NCBI GenBank assembly: GCA_037445735.1
Contig: JBBIJY010000011.1
Location: 1-64,000 of the forward strand
Direction of reading: 5' to 3'
DNA length: 64,000 nt
Source: Armatimonadota bacterium
GTDB taxonomy: Bacteria; Armatimonadota; Fimbriimonadia; Fimbriimonadales; GBS-DC
Below, piece after piece: positions 36,842-45,747 of the stretch (the first letter of the stretch is position 1; every line of letters begins with the position of its first letter). Under the pieces are notes generated by a model that saw nothing but the letters and a program-made list of their open reading frames with translations, did no database searches and was not told the DNA's origin. The translations under genes and the position numbers were made by a program.

Positions 36842-38869
36842 ATGCGATACACGGTGCTTGTGGGGATTCTCGGATGGCTGGCTCTGACACTCGCCAGCCC
36901 TGTTATTGCGCAACCGTTCACCTATCAGGGCGTCCTCAAACAGAACGGACAGCCCGTGAACGGCACGCTCAGCATCAGCTTCAAACTCTTCACCGCGCTC
37001 ACAGGCGGCTCCCAGGTGGGGAGTACGATTACCCAGAATGTGAATGTGCAAAACGGGTTGTTTACCGTGCAACTGGACTTCGGAAATGTGTGGGACGGTT
37101 CCGACCGCTATCTGGAGATTAGCGTTGGTTCCACCCCGCTCTCGCCCCGTGTGAAAATCAACCCTGCTCCGTATGCCATTTATGCAGGAACCGCCTTCTT
37201 CGCCCAGCGTCCGTGGCAGACTTCGGGGAGCAATATCTTCTACAACTCTGGCAATGTTGGGATTGGCACGAGCAGTCCGTCGGTGCGCCTGTCGCTTGGG
37301 GGCGATAACGCCAACACCAAGCTCGCGATATGGGACGGCGGCACATCCGGCGTGATGGGCTTTGGCGTGGGACCCTCCCAGTTTCGCATTCATCTGCCCA
37401 GACCCAGCGACCGCTTCTCGTTTCTGGACGCGCCGAATGGGAATGAAATCGTAACCATTCGGGGCAGCGGGAATGTGGGGATAGGTATCACCAGCCCCAG
37501 CGAGCGTCTGCATGTCAACGGCAATATTCGCCTTGCGGATGACGGCAGTATCTTCGGGCTGGATCAGCTGGTGGGCTTCAACGACCTGCGCCTGTATGGC
37601 GATGCGACAGGCGGTCCCGATGTCTACATCGCTGCGAACGGCAATGTCGGGATAGGCGCGAGCAACCCGGAATATGTGCTGGATGTTCGCACCGACACGA
37701 ACAGCAGGGCGATTTTTGCACGGAACGCTGCCGATGGGGGAATCGCTCTGGCTGCCTTAGCAGCGGCGACCACAGGTCGGAACTATGGCGTTATAGGACA
37801 AACTAATAGCTCCTCCGACGGCATAGGCGTAGTTGGCATCGCGGTATCGACCACTGGGCAGAACTATGGCATTGTGGGACAGAGCAACAGCCCCAGCGGC
37901 TACGCGGGCTACTTCGTAGGGCGAGGGCATTTTTCCGATCGGCTCGGCGTTGGAACCGAAACGCCAGAAGCACTGCTGCATGTGAGCGGCGGCAACGCCT
38001 TCTTCACGAACAATAACACCACGCTCCAGGTGCTGCCTGGCAACCTGCTGGGGCAGAGCCAGGCGAACGCCGCCACGCTGGAGATCCCAGGCGACGGCAC
38101 AATCGGCGTGTGGGATAACATGACCGTCTCGGGTACGCTGCGCGCCTATGGCAACCTGCATGTCGGGGGCAACACCTTTACGCTCGGAGGCAGCACAGAC
38201 CCGAACTGGAGTCGCGTGCTGGCCCGGGTTGAGGGTGCGGGCAGCGGGTCGTATGTCGGGGTCGTCGAGACTTTAGGAGCAAACGGCAGTCTTAATGCAC
38301 GCATGACTTGGACGAGTGGCTACCCGAACCACGGCGCTGTAGGTGTGTATGACAGTAGCGGTACTGCGAAGGCTGGAATCTATGTCAACAGCAACGGCGA
38401 CGGGGTTCTCTTCACAACTCAGAAAAGCTTCCGCGAGCCAGACCCTGACGACCCCACGCGCGACATCTGGTACGGCTGTATCGAAGGTCCCGAACTCGCG
38501 ATGTATGTGCGCGGCACGGCGCGACTGGTCAACGGGCGCGCCCGCATCGAACTGCCCGACCACTTCCGCAAACTCGCCGACGAACAGGGCATGACCGTGC
38601 AGCTGACCCCACGCTCCGCCGAATCGCGCGGGTTAGCCGCTGTGCGTGTGAGCTTAGATGGGATTGAGGTTGTAGAACTGCTGAACGGGCGCGGCAACTA
38701 CGAGTTTGACTGGGAAGTGAAAGCCGTGCGCAAAGACCATCGCGACTTTCGGGTGTACCGCCCGTGGGATGAAGTCCTGACCGCAGGCGAAGACCCTGCG
38801 CAGGCGTGGGAAGCGCGCCTGAAGTCCATCGAAGACCGCAAAGCCCGACAGCGGGAAATCAACCGATAA
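36842..38869 (+). CDS. Secreted fibre/adhesin-like protein with GNVGIG repeats
   Basis: SD GGAGG, signal peptide, FTYQG N-domain, repeated NVGIG/RLGVG motifs, C-domain KSFREPDP...IEGPE...IELPDHF. Confidence 0.75.
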   Translation: MRYTVLVGILGWLALTLASPVIAQPFTYQGVLKQNGQPVNGTLSISFKLFTALTGGSQVGSTITQNVNVQNGLFTVQLDFGNVWDGSDRYLEISVGSTPLSPRVKINPAPYAIYAGTAFFAQRPWQTSGSNIFYNSGNVGIGTSSPSVRLSLGGDNANTKLAIWDGGTSGVMGFGVGPSQFRIHLPRPSDRFSFLDAPNGNEIVTIRGSGNVGIGITSPSERLHVNGNIRLADDGSIFGLDQLVGFNDLRLYGDATGGPDVYIAANGNVGIGASNPEYVLDVRTDTNSRAIFARNAADGGIALAALAAATTGRNYGVIGQTNSSSDGIGVVGIAVSTTGQNYGIVGQSNSPSGYAGYFVGRGHFSDRLGVGTETPEALLHVSGGNAFFTNNNTTLQVLPGNLLGQSQANAATLEIPGDGTIGVWDNMTVSGTLRAYGNLHVGGNTFTLGGSTDPNWSRVLARVEGAGSGSYVGVVETLGANGSLNARMTWTSGYPNHGAVGVYDSSGTAKAGIYVNSNGDGVLFTTQKSFREPDPDDPTRDIWYGCIEGPELAMYVRGTARLVNGRARIELPDHFRKLADEQGMTVQLTPRSAESRGLAAVRVSLDGIEVVELLNGRGNYEFDWEVKAVRKDHRDFRVYRPWDEVLTAGEDPAQAWEARLKSIEDRKARQREINR

Positions 38870-38885
38870 AACGCTCAGCGGAACC

Positions 38886-38917
38886 GGAGAGAGGGTTTTG
38901 AGCGAGACCCTCTCTCC
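38886..38917. terminator. Hairpin after the fibre gene (terminator or stabiliser)
   Basis: GGAGAGAGGGT-N10-ACCCTCTCTCC; no U-tract. Confidence 0.45.
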
Positions 38918-38983
38918 AACCCCGATTGTTAGCAGCAGTGAAACGCCAGGTGGTACAATCCGTCTACAGGAACGGAGGCGCTT

Positions 38984-40243
38984 ATGAAAAATGGATGGAT
39001 GGGTCTGGCGGGACTGCTGCTGCTTGCTGGCTGCGGCACGACGAGCGTCAGCACACAGGACTCCCAGCAGCGCGACACCCGGCGGAACACGACGGAGACC
39101 AGAATGCCGATTGATGCCAACAGCGTACAGGCGAATCTGAAGTTCGGGTTCCAGCTCTTGCATGAGCTGGACAAGCGACGGGAGCAGCCGAACCTGTTCT
39201 TTTCGCCCCTGAGCGCGTCGCTCGCCCTCTCGATGGTGCTGAACGGCGCACGCGGCGAGACCGCTCGCCAGATGAGCGAGGCGCTGGGCTACGGCGAGTC
39301 ATCCCTCGAAGCGATTAACACCCGCAACGCGCTCCTGTTGCAGCTGTTGCGCGCGCCGGACCCCAGAGTGGAGGTGCAGATTGCGAACTCACTCTGGGTT
39401 CAGCAGGGCTTCTCGCTGCTGCCGAGCTTCACCAGCGCGTGCCAGCGCTTCTACGCGGCGGAAGTGGACAGCGTCGATTTCGTTCAACAGCGTGAGGCAG
39501 CCGCCGGGCGCATCAACGGCTGGGTGAAGGAGACCACGAAGGGGCTGATCGAAGAGCTGTTCAAGCCGGACGCTTTCGATGAGCGCACGCGCCTCGTGGT
39601 GGTCAACACGCTCTACTTCAAAGGCAGGTGGCAGACGCCCTTCAATAAGGAGGCGACGAGCGAGCAGGAGTTCTTCACGGCGGACGGCAAGCCGAAGCGC
39701 GTGCCGATGATGCGTCAGTCGGGCAAGTTTGCCTACCTGAAGGGCGACGGCTTTCAGGCGGTGGCGCTGCCCTACGGTGAGGGTCAGCTCAGCTTCTATC
39801 TGTTCCTGCCCGATGAAGGTCGCTCGCTGGACAACTGGCTGCAATCGCTCACGCCTGACCGCTGGAACGAGTGGCTCAAAGGCTTCAAGCCGATGGAGGG
39901 CGATGTGGGGCTGCCCCGCTTCCGCCTCGAGGCGACCTATGTGCTGAAGGAGCCGCTGCAGGCGATGGGCATGACCGACGCCTTCGATGCCGATAAAGCC
40001 GACCTCAGCGGGATAGCGCCGCCCACCGACGGGCGCCTGTTCATCTCCAAAGCGTTGCAGAAAGCGATTGTGGAGGTGAACGAGGAGGGCACTAAAGCGG
40101 CGGCGGCGACAGGCGTGGTGGTCGGCATCACCGCCTACAATCCCAACCGCTTCACGCTGATTGCGAACCGCCCCTTCTTCTTCGCCATTCGGCACAACCC
40201 GACCGGCGCGGTGCTGTTTCTGGGCGTGGTGCGCGACCCGTAA
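38984..40243 (+). CDS. Lipoprotein serpin (serine protease inhibitor)
   Basis: Lipobox LAGC; NLFFSPLS, NTLYFKGRW, EVNEEGTKAAAAT, ANRPFFFAI. Confidence 0.95.
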   Translation: MKNGWMGLAGLLLLAGCGTTSVSTQDSQQRDTRRNTTETRMPIDANSVQANLKFGFQLLHELDKRREQPNLFFSPLSASLALSMVLNGARGETARQMSEALGYGESSLEAINTRNALLLQLLRAPDPRVEVQIANSLWVQQGFSLLPSFTSACQRFYAAEVDSVDFVQQREAAAGRINGWVKETTKGLIEELFKPDAFDERTRLVVVNTLYFKGRWQTPFNKEATSEQEFFTADGKPKRVPMMRQSGKFAYLKGDGFQAVALPYGEGQLSFYLFLPDEGRSLDNWLQSLTPDRWNEWLKGFKPMEGDVGLPRFRLEATYVLKEPLQAMGMTDAFDADKADLSGIAPPTDGRLFISKALQKAIVEVNEEGTKAAAATGVVVGITAYNPNRFTLIANRPFFFAIRHNPTGAVLFLGVVRDP

Positions 40244-40261
40244 GCGGGGCTGGCTTGCACG

Positions 40262-40284
40262 GCGGGGAGCGATTCTCTCCCCGC
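40262..40284. terminator. Hairpin between the convergent serpin and prepilin genes
   Basis: GCGGGGAG-N7-CTCCCCGC. Confidence 0.4.
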
Positions 40285-40294
40285 TGTCAGAGTT

Positions 40295-41086
40295 TCAGCG
40301 GATGTCCCACTGGTTGTCGCCAGGCGAGCGGTAGGTCTGGGCAAAGCGCACATGGCGGGCGTGCCCATCCGCATAGATTGCCAGCGTGCCACCCTGATAG
40401 CGCGTTTTGGCGATTTGCTGATCCCAATCGCTGCAACGCTGGTTGGGGAACAGCGAGCATGGCGGTACCGCGCGACCCTGCGACCAGTGATACGGGTCGC
40501 TGGCGTCGGTGGTCTCCGCCCATGGGTCCAGACACATATCGAAGAACTCCGAGACCCAGAACGGGTCGTTCGGGTTGTCGATGGGCAGTGGGTCGGGCGG
40601 GCTGATGCCCGTGATGCGTACCCACGGGTCGCCGCGCAGAATGGCGTAGATGGTGCTGCCCGGTCGCGCAACCTCCGCCAGCGCGCGGGGCACACCCGTG
40701 AAAAGCCCGTTCCCGCTGAACGAACCCCACATCGCCGGCACGCTCCGATCCGGGTCGGACGGATCCCACCATATATTCTGCTTGTTGCGCAGCCCCCGAT
40801 CGGTCTTAATGTACGGTTCCAGCGCGGCTTCATAGTTGTGGATTGCCCAGTAGTTCACGGTGCTGGGCACGCCGTTCACAATCGCCATCGTCATCGGGTA
40901 GCGTTCATCATAATCGTGGAGATACATGGTAACCGCCAGCCCGATCTGGCGCATATTGGACAGGCACTGCATCTGCCGCGCCTTCACCCGAACCTGCGCC
41001 AGCACCGGGAACAGGATCGCCGCCAGGATGGCGATTATCGCTATCACGACCAGCAACTCGATCAGTGTGAACGCTCGCCTGGTCAT
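40295..41086 (-). CDS. Prepilin-type N-terminal cleavage/methylation protein (DUF1559/H-X9-DG type)
   Basis: [41 protein letters not shown]. Confidence 0.92.
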   Translation of the reverse strand: MTRRAFTLIELLVVIAIIAILAAILFPVLAQVRVKARQMQCLSNMRQIGLAVTMYLHDYDERYPMTMAIVNGVPSTVNYWAIHNYEAALEPYIKTDRGLRNKQNIWWDPSDPDRSVPAMWGSFSGNGLFTGVPRALAEVARPGSTIYAILRGDPWVRITGISPPDPLPIDNPNDPFWVSEFFDMCLDPWAETTDASDPYHWSQGRAVPPCSLFPNQRCSDWDQQIAKTRYQGGTLAIYADGHARHVRFAQTYRSPGDNQWDIR

Positions 41087-41136
41087 CGATGCGTCCCTCC
41101 TGCGAATATCGACATTGCGACCCGCTTTGCCTGAAA

Positions 41137-41182
41137 TTTAACCATGCTTAAAACTATAGCATGCCCGTCTCCTGAAATGCAA
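41137..41182 (-). promoter_or_regulatory. sigma70 promoter with an adjacent palindromic operator
   Basis: TTGCAT-N18-TATAGT followed directly by TTTAAGCATGGTTAAA (14 of 16 positions palindromic). Confidence 0.55.
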
Positions 41183-41292
41183 CCCCCTGTCACTTCTGAA
41201 TAGAGGGGGTATTGTGGGTACTCTGCAGTTTGGCGCGCCCATCAGGCAGGTGCTGAAGAGGTATTCTTATAAATGGGGGGTGTGCAGGAGCG

Positions 41293-43533
41293 GTGATTCA
41301 ATCAGAGATGGCGACGCTGGAGTTTGAGCTACCCGAACAGGTCGAAGCGCTGGTGGAGAAGGTGCGCGACTATCTGCCTGGCGCCGATACTTCGCGCATC
41401 GTGAACGCCTATCTGTTCGCTGAAGAGCGCCATCACGGGCAGTACCGCAAAAACGGTGAACCCTACATTATGCATCCGCTCGCTGTCGCGCATATTCTGG
41501 CTGATTTGCAGCTGGGGGTCAACACCATCACGGCAGGGCTGCTGCACGATGTGCTGGAGGACACCGCCACCACGCCCGACGAGCTGGAACAGCAGTTCGG
41601 CGCGACTGTGCGAAAGCTGGTGGAGGGCGTCACCAAGTTGCACCATTCGGAGCGGCAGTTCGAAATCTTCTCGGAAGCCGATCGGCGCCAGCTGAGCCTG
41701 CGCAAGACGGCGGAGAACCTGCGCCGCCTGCTGATGGCGGTCGCCGATGACCTGCGCGTGATGATTATCAAGCTGGCTGACCGCCTGCACAACATGCAGA
41801 CGCTCGACGCCCTCCCACCCGATAAACAGCTCCAGATTGCCACCGAAACCCTGCATGTCTACTCGCCGCTGGCACATCGGCTCGGCATCTGGCAGATTAA
41901 ATCGCAACTGGACGACCTCGCTTTCAAATATCTCTATCCCAAGGAGTATGAAGAGTTGAGCCAGCAGGTGGCGCGCACGCGCGAGGAGCGACAGGCGGAG
42001 GTGCGCGAGCTGATCCGTACCCTCAAAGACTATCTCTGGGAGCGGGGCATCCGCGCCGAAGTGACGGGACGCCCCAAACATCTCTGGAGCATCTTCAACA
42101 AAATGAAACAGCAACAGATCGACTTCGACCAGATTTACGATCTGATTGCCCTGCGCGTGCTGGTGGATACTGTTGAAGAGTGCTACCTCGCGCTGGGGAT
42201 GGTGCATACGCTCTGGACGCCGCTGCCCGCCCTCTTCGCCGACTATATCGCCGCGCCCAAGCCGAACGGCTACCGCTCCCTGCACACCAAAGTGATTGGT
42301 CCTGCCGGGCGACCGCTGGAGATTCAAATCCGCACCTGGGATATGCACCAGATTGCCGAGTACGGCGTGGCGGCGCACTGGCGCTATAAGGAGGGCGAGG
42401 ACCTGCGCTCGTCCGACCAGAAGCCCCTGCAGCTGCCCCATCTGCAGACCCAGCTGCGCGACCTGACCAACCTGCGCAGTAATCTGGAGTTTATCGCCAG
42501 CGTGCTACGCGATATTACCTCCGACGAGGTGCTGGTGCTGACGCCCAAAGGCGACCTGATCGATCTGCCAGCGGGTTCCACGCCCATCGACTTCGCCTAC
42601 CGGATCCATACGGAGGTGGGTCATCGGTGCGTGGGGGCGCGGGTCAACGGGCGGATTGTGCCGCTGGACTACCAGCTGCGCACGGGCGATATGGTGGAGA
42701 TTCTCACGCGCCCGAACGCCCAACCCAGCTATGACTGGCTGGGCATCGTGCGCACCTCGAGCGCCCGCAGCAAGATTCGCGCCTATTTTCGCACGCAGCG
42801 TCGGGCGGAGTTCGCGGCGCAGGGGCGCGCCCTGCTGGAGCGCGAGCTGGAGCGACAGGGCATCGACCGCGCCCGCTTCACCGAACAGCTCCCGACCCTG
42901 CTCCAGCGCATGAACCTGCGCACCGAAGAAGACCTCTACGCCAGCATCGGCGAGGGGCTGCACAGCGTGCAGGCGGTCATCCAGCGTCTGCGCACCCAGA
43001 CCGATCTCAAGCCGTCGCCGCAACCCGCCCCGACCACCGTTTCGCCCCGTCGCGAGATTCGCGCGATGCAGATTGAAGATGCCGACGGCTACATGACCCG
43101 CCGCGCCGCCTGCTGCCATCCCCTGCCCGGCGATGAACTGCTGGGCTACATCTCGCGCGGACGCGGCATCATCGTCCATCGCGCCACCTGCCCCAACCTG
43201 CGCGCCCTCGAAGAGAAGGAACCCGAACGCATCATGACCATCGAGTGGGTGCCCCGCGAGTCGAAAAAGGAGCTGCAAACCTATCCGGCGGGCATCAGCA
43301 TCGAGGCGACCGACCGCGTGGGTGTGCTGGCGGACATCACCGCTATCTTGAGCGGGCAGGGCATCAACATCTCCGATGTGCGCGTGCGCCGCTCCGATAA
43401 GAACACCGCCCTCATCGATATGGTGCTGGAGGTGCGCGACGCGACGGAACTGCGCACCGTCTTGCAGAAACTGCACTCCATAGAGGATATTATCGCCATC
43501 TATCGAACAGGTGGGCGCGGACGGGCAAACTGA
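41293..43533 (+). CDS. rel: Bifunctional (p)ppGpp synthetase/hydrolase
   Basis: HD domain [15 protein letters not shown], synthetase GRPKH...EIQIRT, TGS and ACT domains. Confidence 0.96.
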   Translation: MIQSEMATLEFELPEQVEALVEKVRDYLPGADTSRIVNAYLFAEERHHGQYRKNGEPYIMHPLAVAHILADLQLGVNTITAGLLHDVLEDTATTPDELEQQFGATVRKLVEGVTKLHHSERQFEIFSEADRRQLSLRKTAENLRRLLMAVADDLRVMIIKLADRLHNMQTLDALPPDKQLQIATETLHVYSPLAHRLGIWQIKSQLDDLAFKYLYPKEYEELSQQVARTREERQAEVRELIRTLKDYLWERGIRAEVTGRPKHLWSIFNKMKQQQIDFDQIYDLIALRVLVDTVEECYLALGMVHTLWTPLPALFADYIAAPKPNGYRSLHTKVIGPAGRPLEIQIRTWDMHQIAEYGVAAHWRYKEGEDLRSSDQKPLQLPHLQTQLRDLTNLRSNLEFIASVLRDITSDEVLVLTPKGDLIDLPAGSTPIDFAYRIHTEVGHRCVGARVNGRIVPLDYQLRTGDMVEILTRPNAQPSYDWLGIVRTSSARSKIRAYFRTQRRAEFAAQGRALLERELERQGIDRARFTEQLPTLLQRMNLRTEEDLYASIGEGLHSVQAVIQRLRTQTDLKPSPQPAPTTVSPRREIRAMQIEDADGYMTRRAACCHPLPGDELLGYISRGRGIIVHRATCPNLRALEEKEPERIMTIEWVPRESKKELQTYPAGISIEATDRVGVLADITAILSGQGINISDVRVRRSDKNTALIDMVLEVRDATELRTVLQKLHSIEDIIAIYRTGGRGRAN

Positions 43534-43534
43534 G

Positions 43535-43981
43535 ATGCGTGCGGTTATCCAGCGGGTTGGCTGGGCAGAGGTCTGGGTGAATGGGCAGCCGATAGCCCGT
43601 ATTGGGCAGGGCATTCTGGTGCTGCTGGGCGTCCACAAAGACGACACCGACGCCGATGTGGACTGGCTCGCGCCCAAAGTCGCCCACCTGCGCGTGTTTG
43701 AAGATGAGGCGGGCAAGCTCAATCGCTCCCTGCTGGAGGTGAACGGCGCCGCGCTGGTGGTGTCGAACTTCACCCTGTATGGCGACTGCCGCAAGGGGCG
43801 CCGACCCAGCTTCACCGAATCGGCGCCCTACGAGCAGGGACGCGCCCTCTACGACGCCTTCTGCCAGCGCCTAGCTGCCGAAGGCATCCCCGTGCAGACA
43901 GGCGCCTACGGCGAAACAATGCAGGTGCGTCTCCAGAACGACGGTCCCGTCACACTGATTATCGACAGCAGAGAGGTTTGA
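43535..43981 (+). CDS. dtd: D-aminoacyl-tRNA deacylase
   Basis: [25 protein letters not shown]. Confidence 0.96.
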   Translation: MRAVIQRVGWAEVWVNGQPIARIGQGILVLLGVHKDDTDADVDWLAPKVAHLRVFEDEAGKLNRSLLEVNGAALVVSNFTLYGDCRKGRRPSFTESAPYEQGRALYDAFCQRLAAEGIPVQTGAYGETMQVRLQNDGPVTLIIDSREV

Positions 43982-43996
43982 CGGGTCACTGGTGGA

Positions 43997-44500
43997 TTAT
44001 ATCACTGTGTCCAGCTCCAGCACCGGACGCGGCATGCGCAAACCTGCCTGTGCCAGTCGCTTCGCTATGCGGGAATCGCCAGTTGGAAACGCTATTTGCA
44101 CGCCTGAAGTTGCTATCCAGTGGAAGGCGTTATGCACCGGCGTGAGCGCATTCAGGTCAGGCGCTTCAGTTTTCAGCCACTGCTTGAGCCATCCGAGCTT
44201 TCGAAGCACCTCGTCTACATTTGTTGTGTGCGCGGGATGAACCTCGATCCAGATAGCTCGCGTTTCGTTACCCTTCTGCACACCTATTCCATAGTCCCAG
44301 CGGGGGTCGTTGGGATATTGGTTTTGAAGCGCTACATCCAGATCAACACTTCCCAGCAGATTAATCAGGTTCGAACGGCGCCTGATGCGCTGGGAGTGGC
44401 TACTGAGTGCTTGTAAGCCAGGTTGATAGGCATCCTCACCCAGAGAGGGTGTGTTTACAACTGCCTGCCGAAAGCGGTTGTCTTGCTGGGATGCTCTCAT
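43997..44500 (-). CDS. Hypothetical protein, possible PD-(D/E)xK-fold nuclease
   Basis: PRWDYGIG...WIEVHPA...KLGWLK; ATG overlaps the ATPase stop codon. Confidence 0.7.
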   Translation of the reverse strand: MRASQQDNRFRQAVVNTPSLGEDAYQPGLQALSSHSQRIRRRSNLINLLGSVDLDVALQNQYPNDPRWDYGIGVQKGNETRAIWIEVHPAHTTNVDEVLRKLGWLKQWLKTEAPDLNALTPVHNAFHWIATSGVQIAFPTGDSRIAKRLAQAGLRMPRPVLELDTVI

Positions 44501-45696
44501 TGTTTGAGGCTCGCATGGTGTCTCTCGAAGCGGTTAACCACCGCGGCGACAACATCGTTTGCCCGGCTGGCAAACTCCAGAAGACCTCCCCAGGTTCCCT
44601 CTTCCTCGCTCAATGACGCAGGATCAAGACCCGATATATCTTTGACCTTGCCATCACGCTTAAAGTAATAGACATTGATATCGATTTGCAACGCTTTGCT
44701 GGCGAGTTGTTGGTTGCCACTCCCTCGCAGCTCGAGTAGACGAAGCACATCTTTTGGCTCGCCAGCATAGCGTTGAAATATCTGCAGCGCCCACACCAGG
44801 TCCAGCACCTGTGCGGAGTGCGTGGTCAGGCACACGCGATAGCCGCGGCTGACCAGCTCCAGAATCAGCGCCATCACTGTCAGGATTGCCTTCGGGTGCA
44901 GACCCATCTCAGGCTCCTCAATCACGACCCACGGCACGCTTTCACGACGGGTAATCCTGCCGGCAGGTATCAGCCAGTACAGCCCCAATAAGAGCGGGAT
45001 GAATTCACGCTGTCCAGCGGACCAAACCAGATAGGGCAGCACCTGACCGTTTTCGATGGCTGTTAGTACGATGCTACGCTGGAGCCGATGCTCCTCCATG
45101 CGCAGGGCGTATCCCGCAAAGATCGACTGGTCTAACTGTTTGCGAAACTCCTCGCGCAGGCGTTTCGGTTGCGGAAAGAGTTGCTTCGTGTGCGCCAGCT
45201 CCGATTGAACCAGCTGATGCACTCTGTCGCTGAACTCCCGCAAAACGAACGGGTCCCCCGTGTTATAGTCGGTGAAGGGGCGTGTCCGACCACCCTGCAA
45301 AACCAGCACCCGCTGGGCAGGGATGTAAAAGAGCCTCTCGTCAGCCTGCGACTTCTTGCCACCTCTCGTCTCGGCATAGCTTTTTAGATTGATCGGTTTC
45401 CCATTGAACACGATGCGGGTTTCGCCTTCGCGATAAAGCTTCTCCATGCCATCCCCAAAATAGAGGATAAAGAAGTTATCCAGACGGTTCTGCCAGCCCA
45501 GATTGCTCTGCAAAAGGCGCTGGTGGATGTACGCCTTGTCCAGAAGAAGTTTATACAGCTGGAGGAAAATACTTTTCCCCGTTGCCTGTGGTCCCACGAA
45601 CACGGTGAGGTCGCCGAAGGTGATGTCGGCATCCCTGATGGGTCCGAACTGCTGCACCTTCAGCCGCGCCTGGTCAGCGTCGTTTTGCACGCGCAT
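44497..45696 (-). CDS. ABC-type (AAA_15/AAA_21-like) ATPase
   Basis: FGPI, Walker A GPQATGKS, YIPAQR, SAGQ, Walker B IEEPEMGLHP, TTHS. Confidence 0.9.
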   Translation of the reverse strand: MRVQNDADQARLKVQQFGPIRDADITFGDLTVFVGPQATGKSIFLQLYKLLLDKAYIHQRLLQSNLGWQNRLDNFFILYFGDGMEKLYREGETRIVFNGKPINLKSYAETRGGKKSQADERLFYIPAQRVLVLQGGRTRPFTDYNTGDPFVLREFSDRVHQLVQSELAHTKQLFPQPKRLREEFRKQLDQSIFAGYALRMEEHRLQRSIVLTAIENGQVLPYLVWSAGQREFIPLLLGLYWLIPAGRITRRESVPWVVIEEPEMGLHPKAILTVMALILELVSRGYRVCLTTHSAQVLDLVWALQIFQRYAGEPKDVLRLLELRGSGNQQLASKALQIDINVYYFKRDGKVKDISGLDPASLSEEEGTWGGLLEFASRANDVVAAVVNRFERHHASLKQ

Positions 45697-45747
45697 ACGG
45701 TTGAAGTATACCTGACAGGTATAATCTTTGAGCAGGGAGGCGCACGG

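Noticed and set aside
36842-38869. Prophage or diversity-generating retroelement
   Set aside because: No other phage genes, integrase, reverse transcriptase or template/variable repeat pair; the protein has a signal peptide
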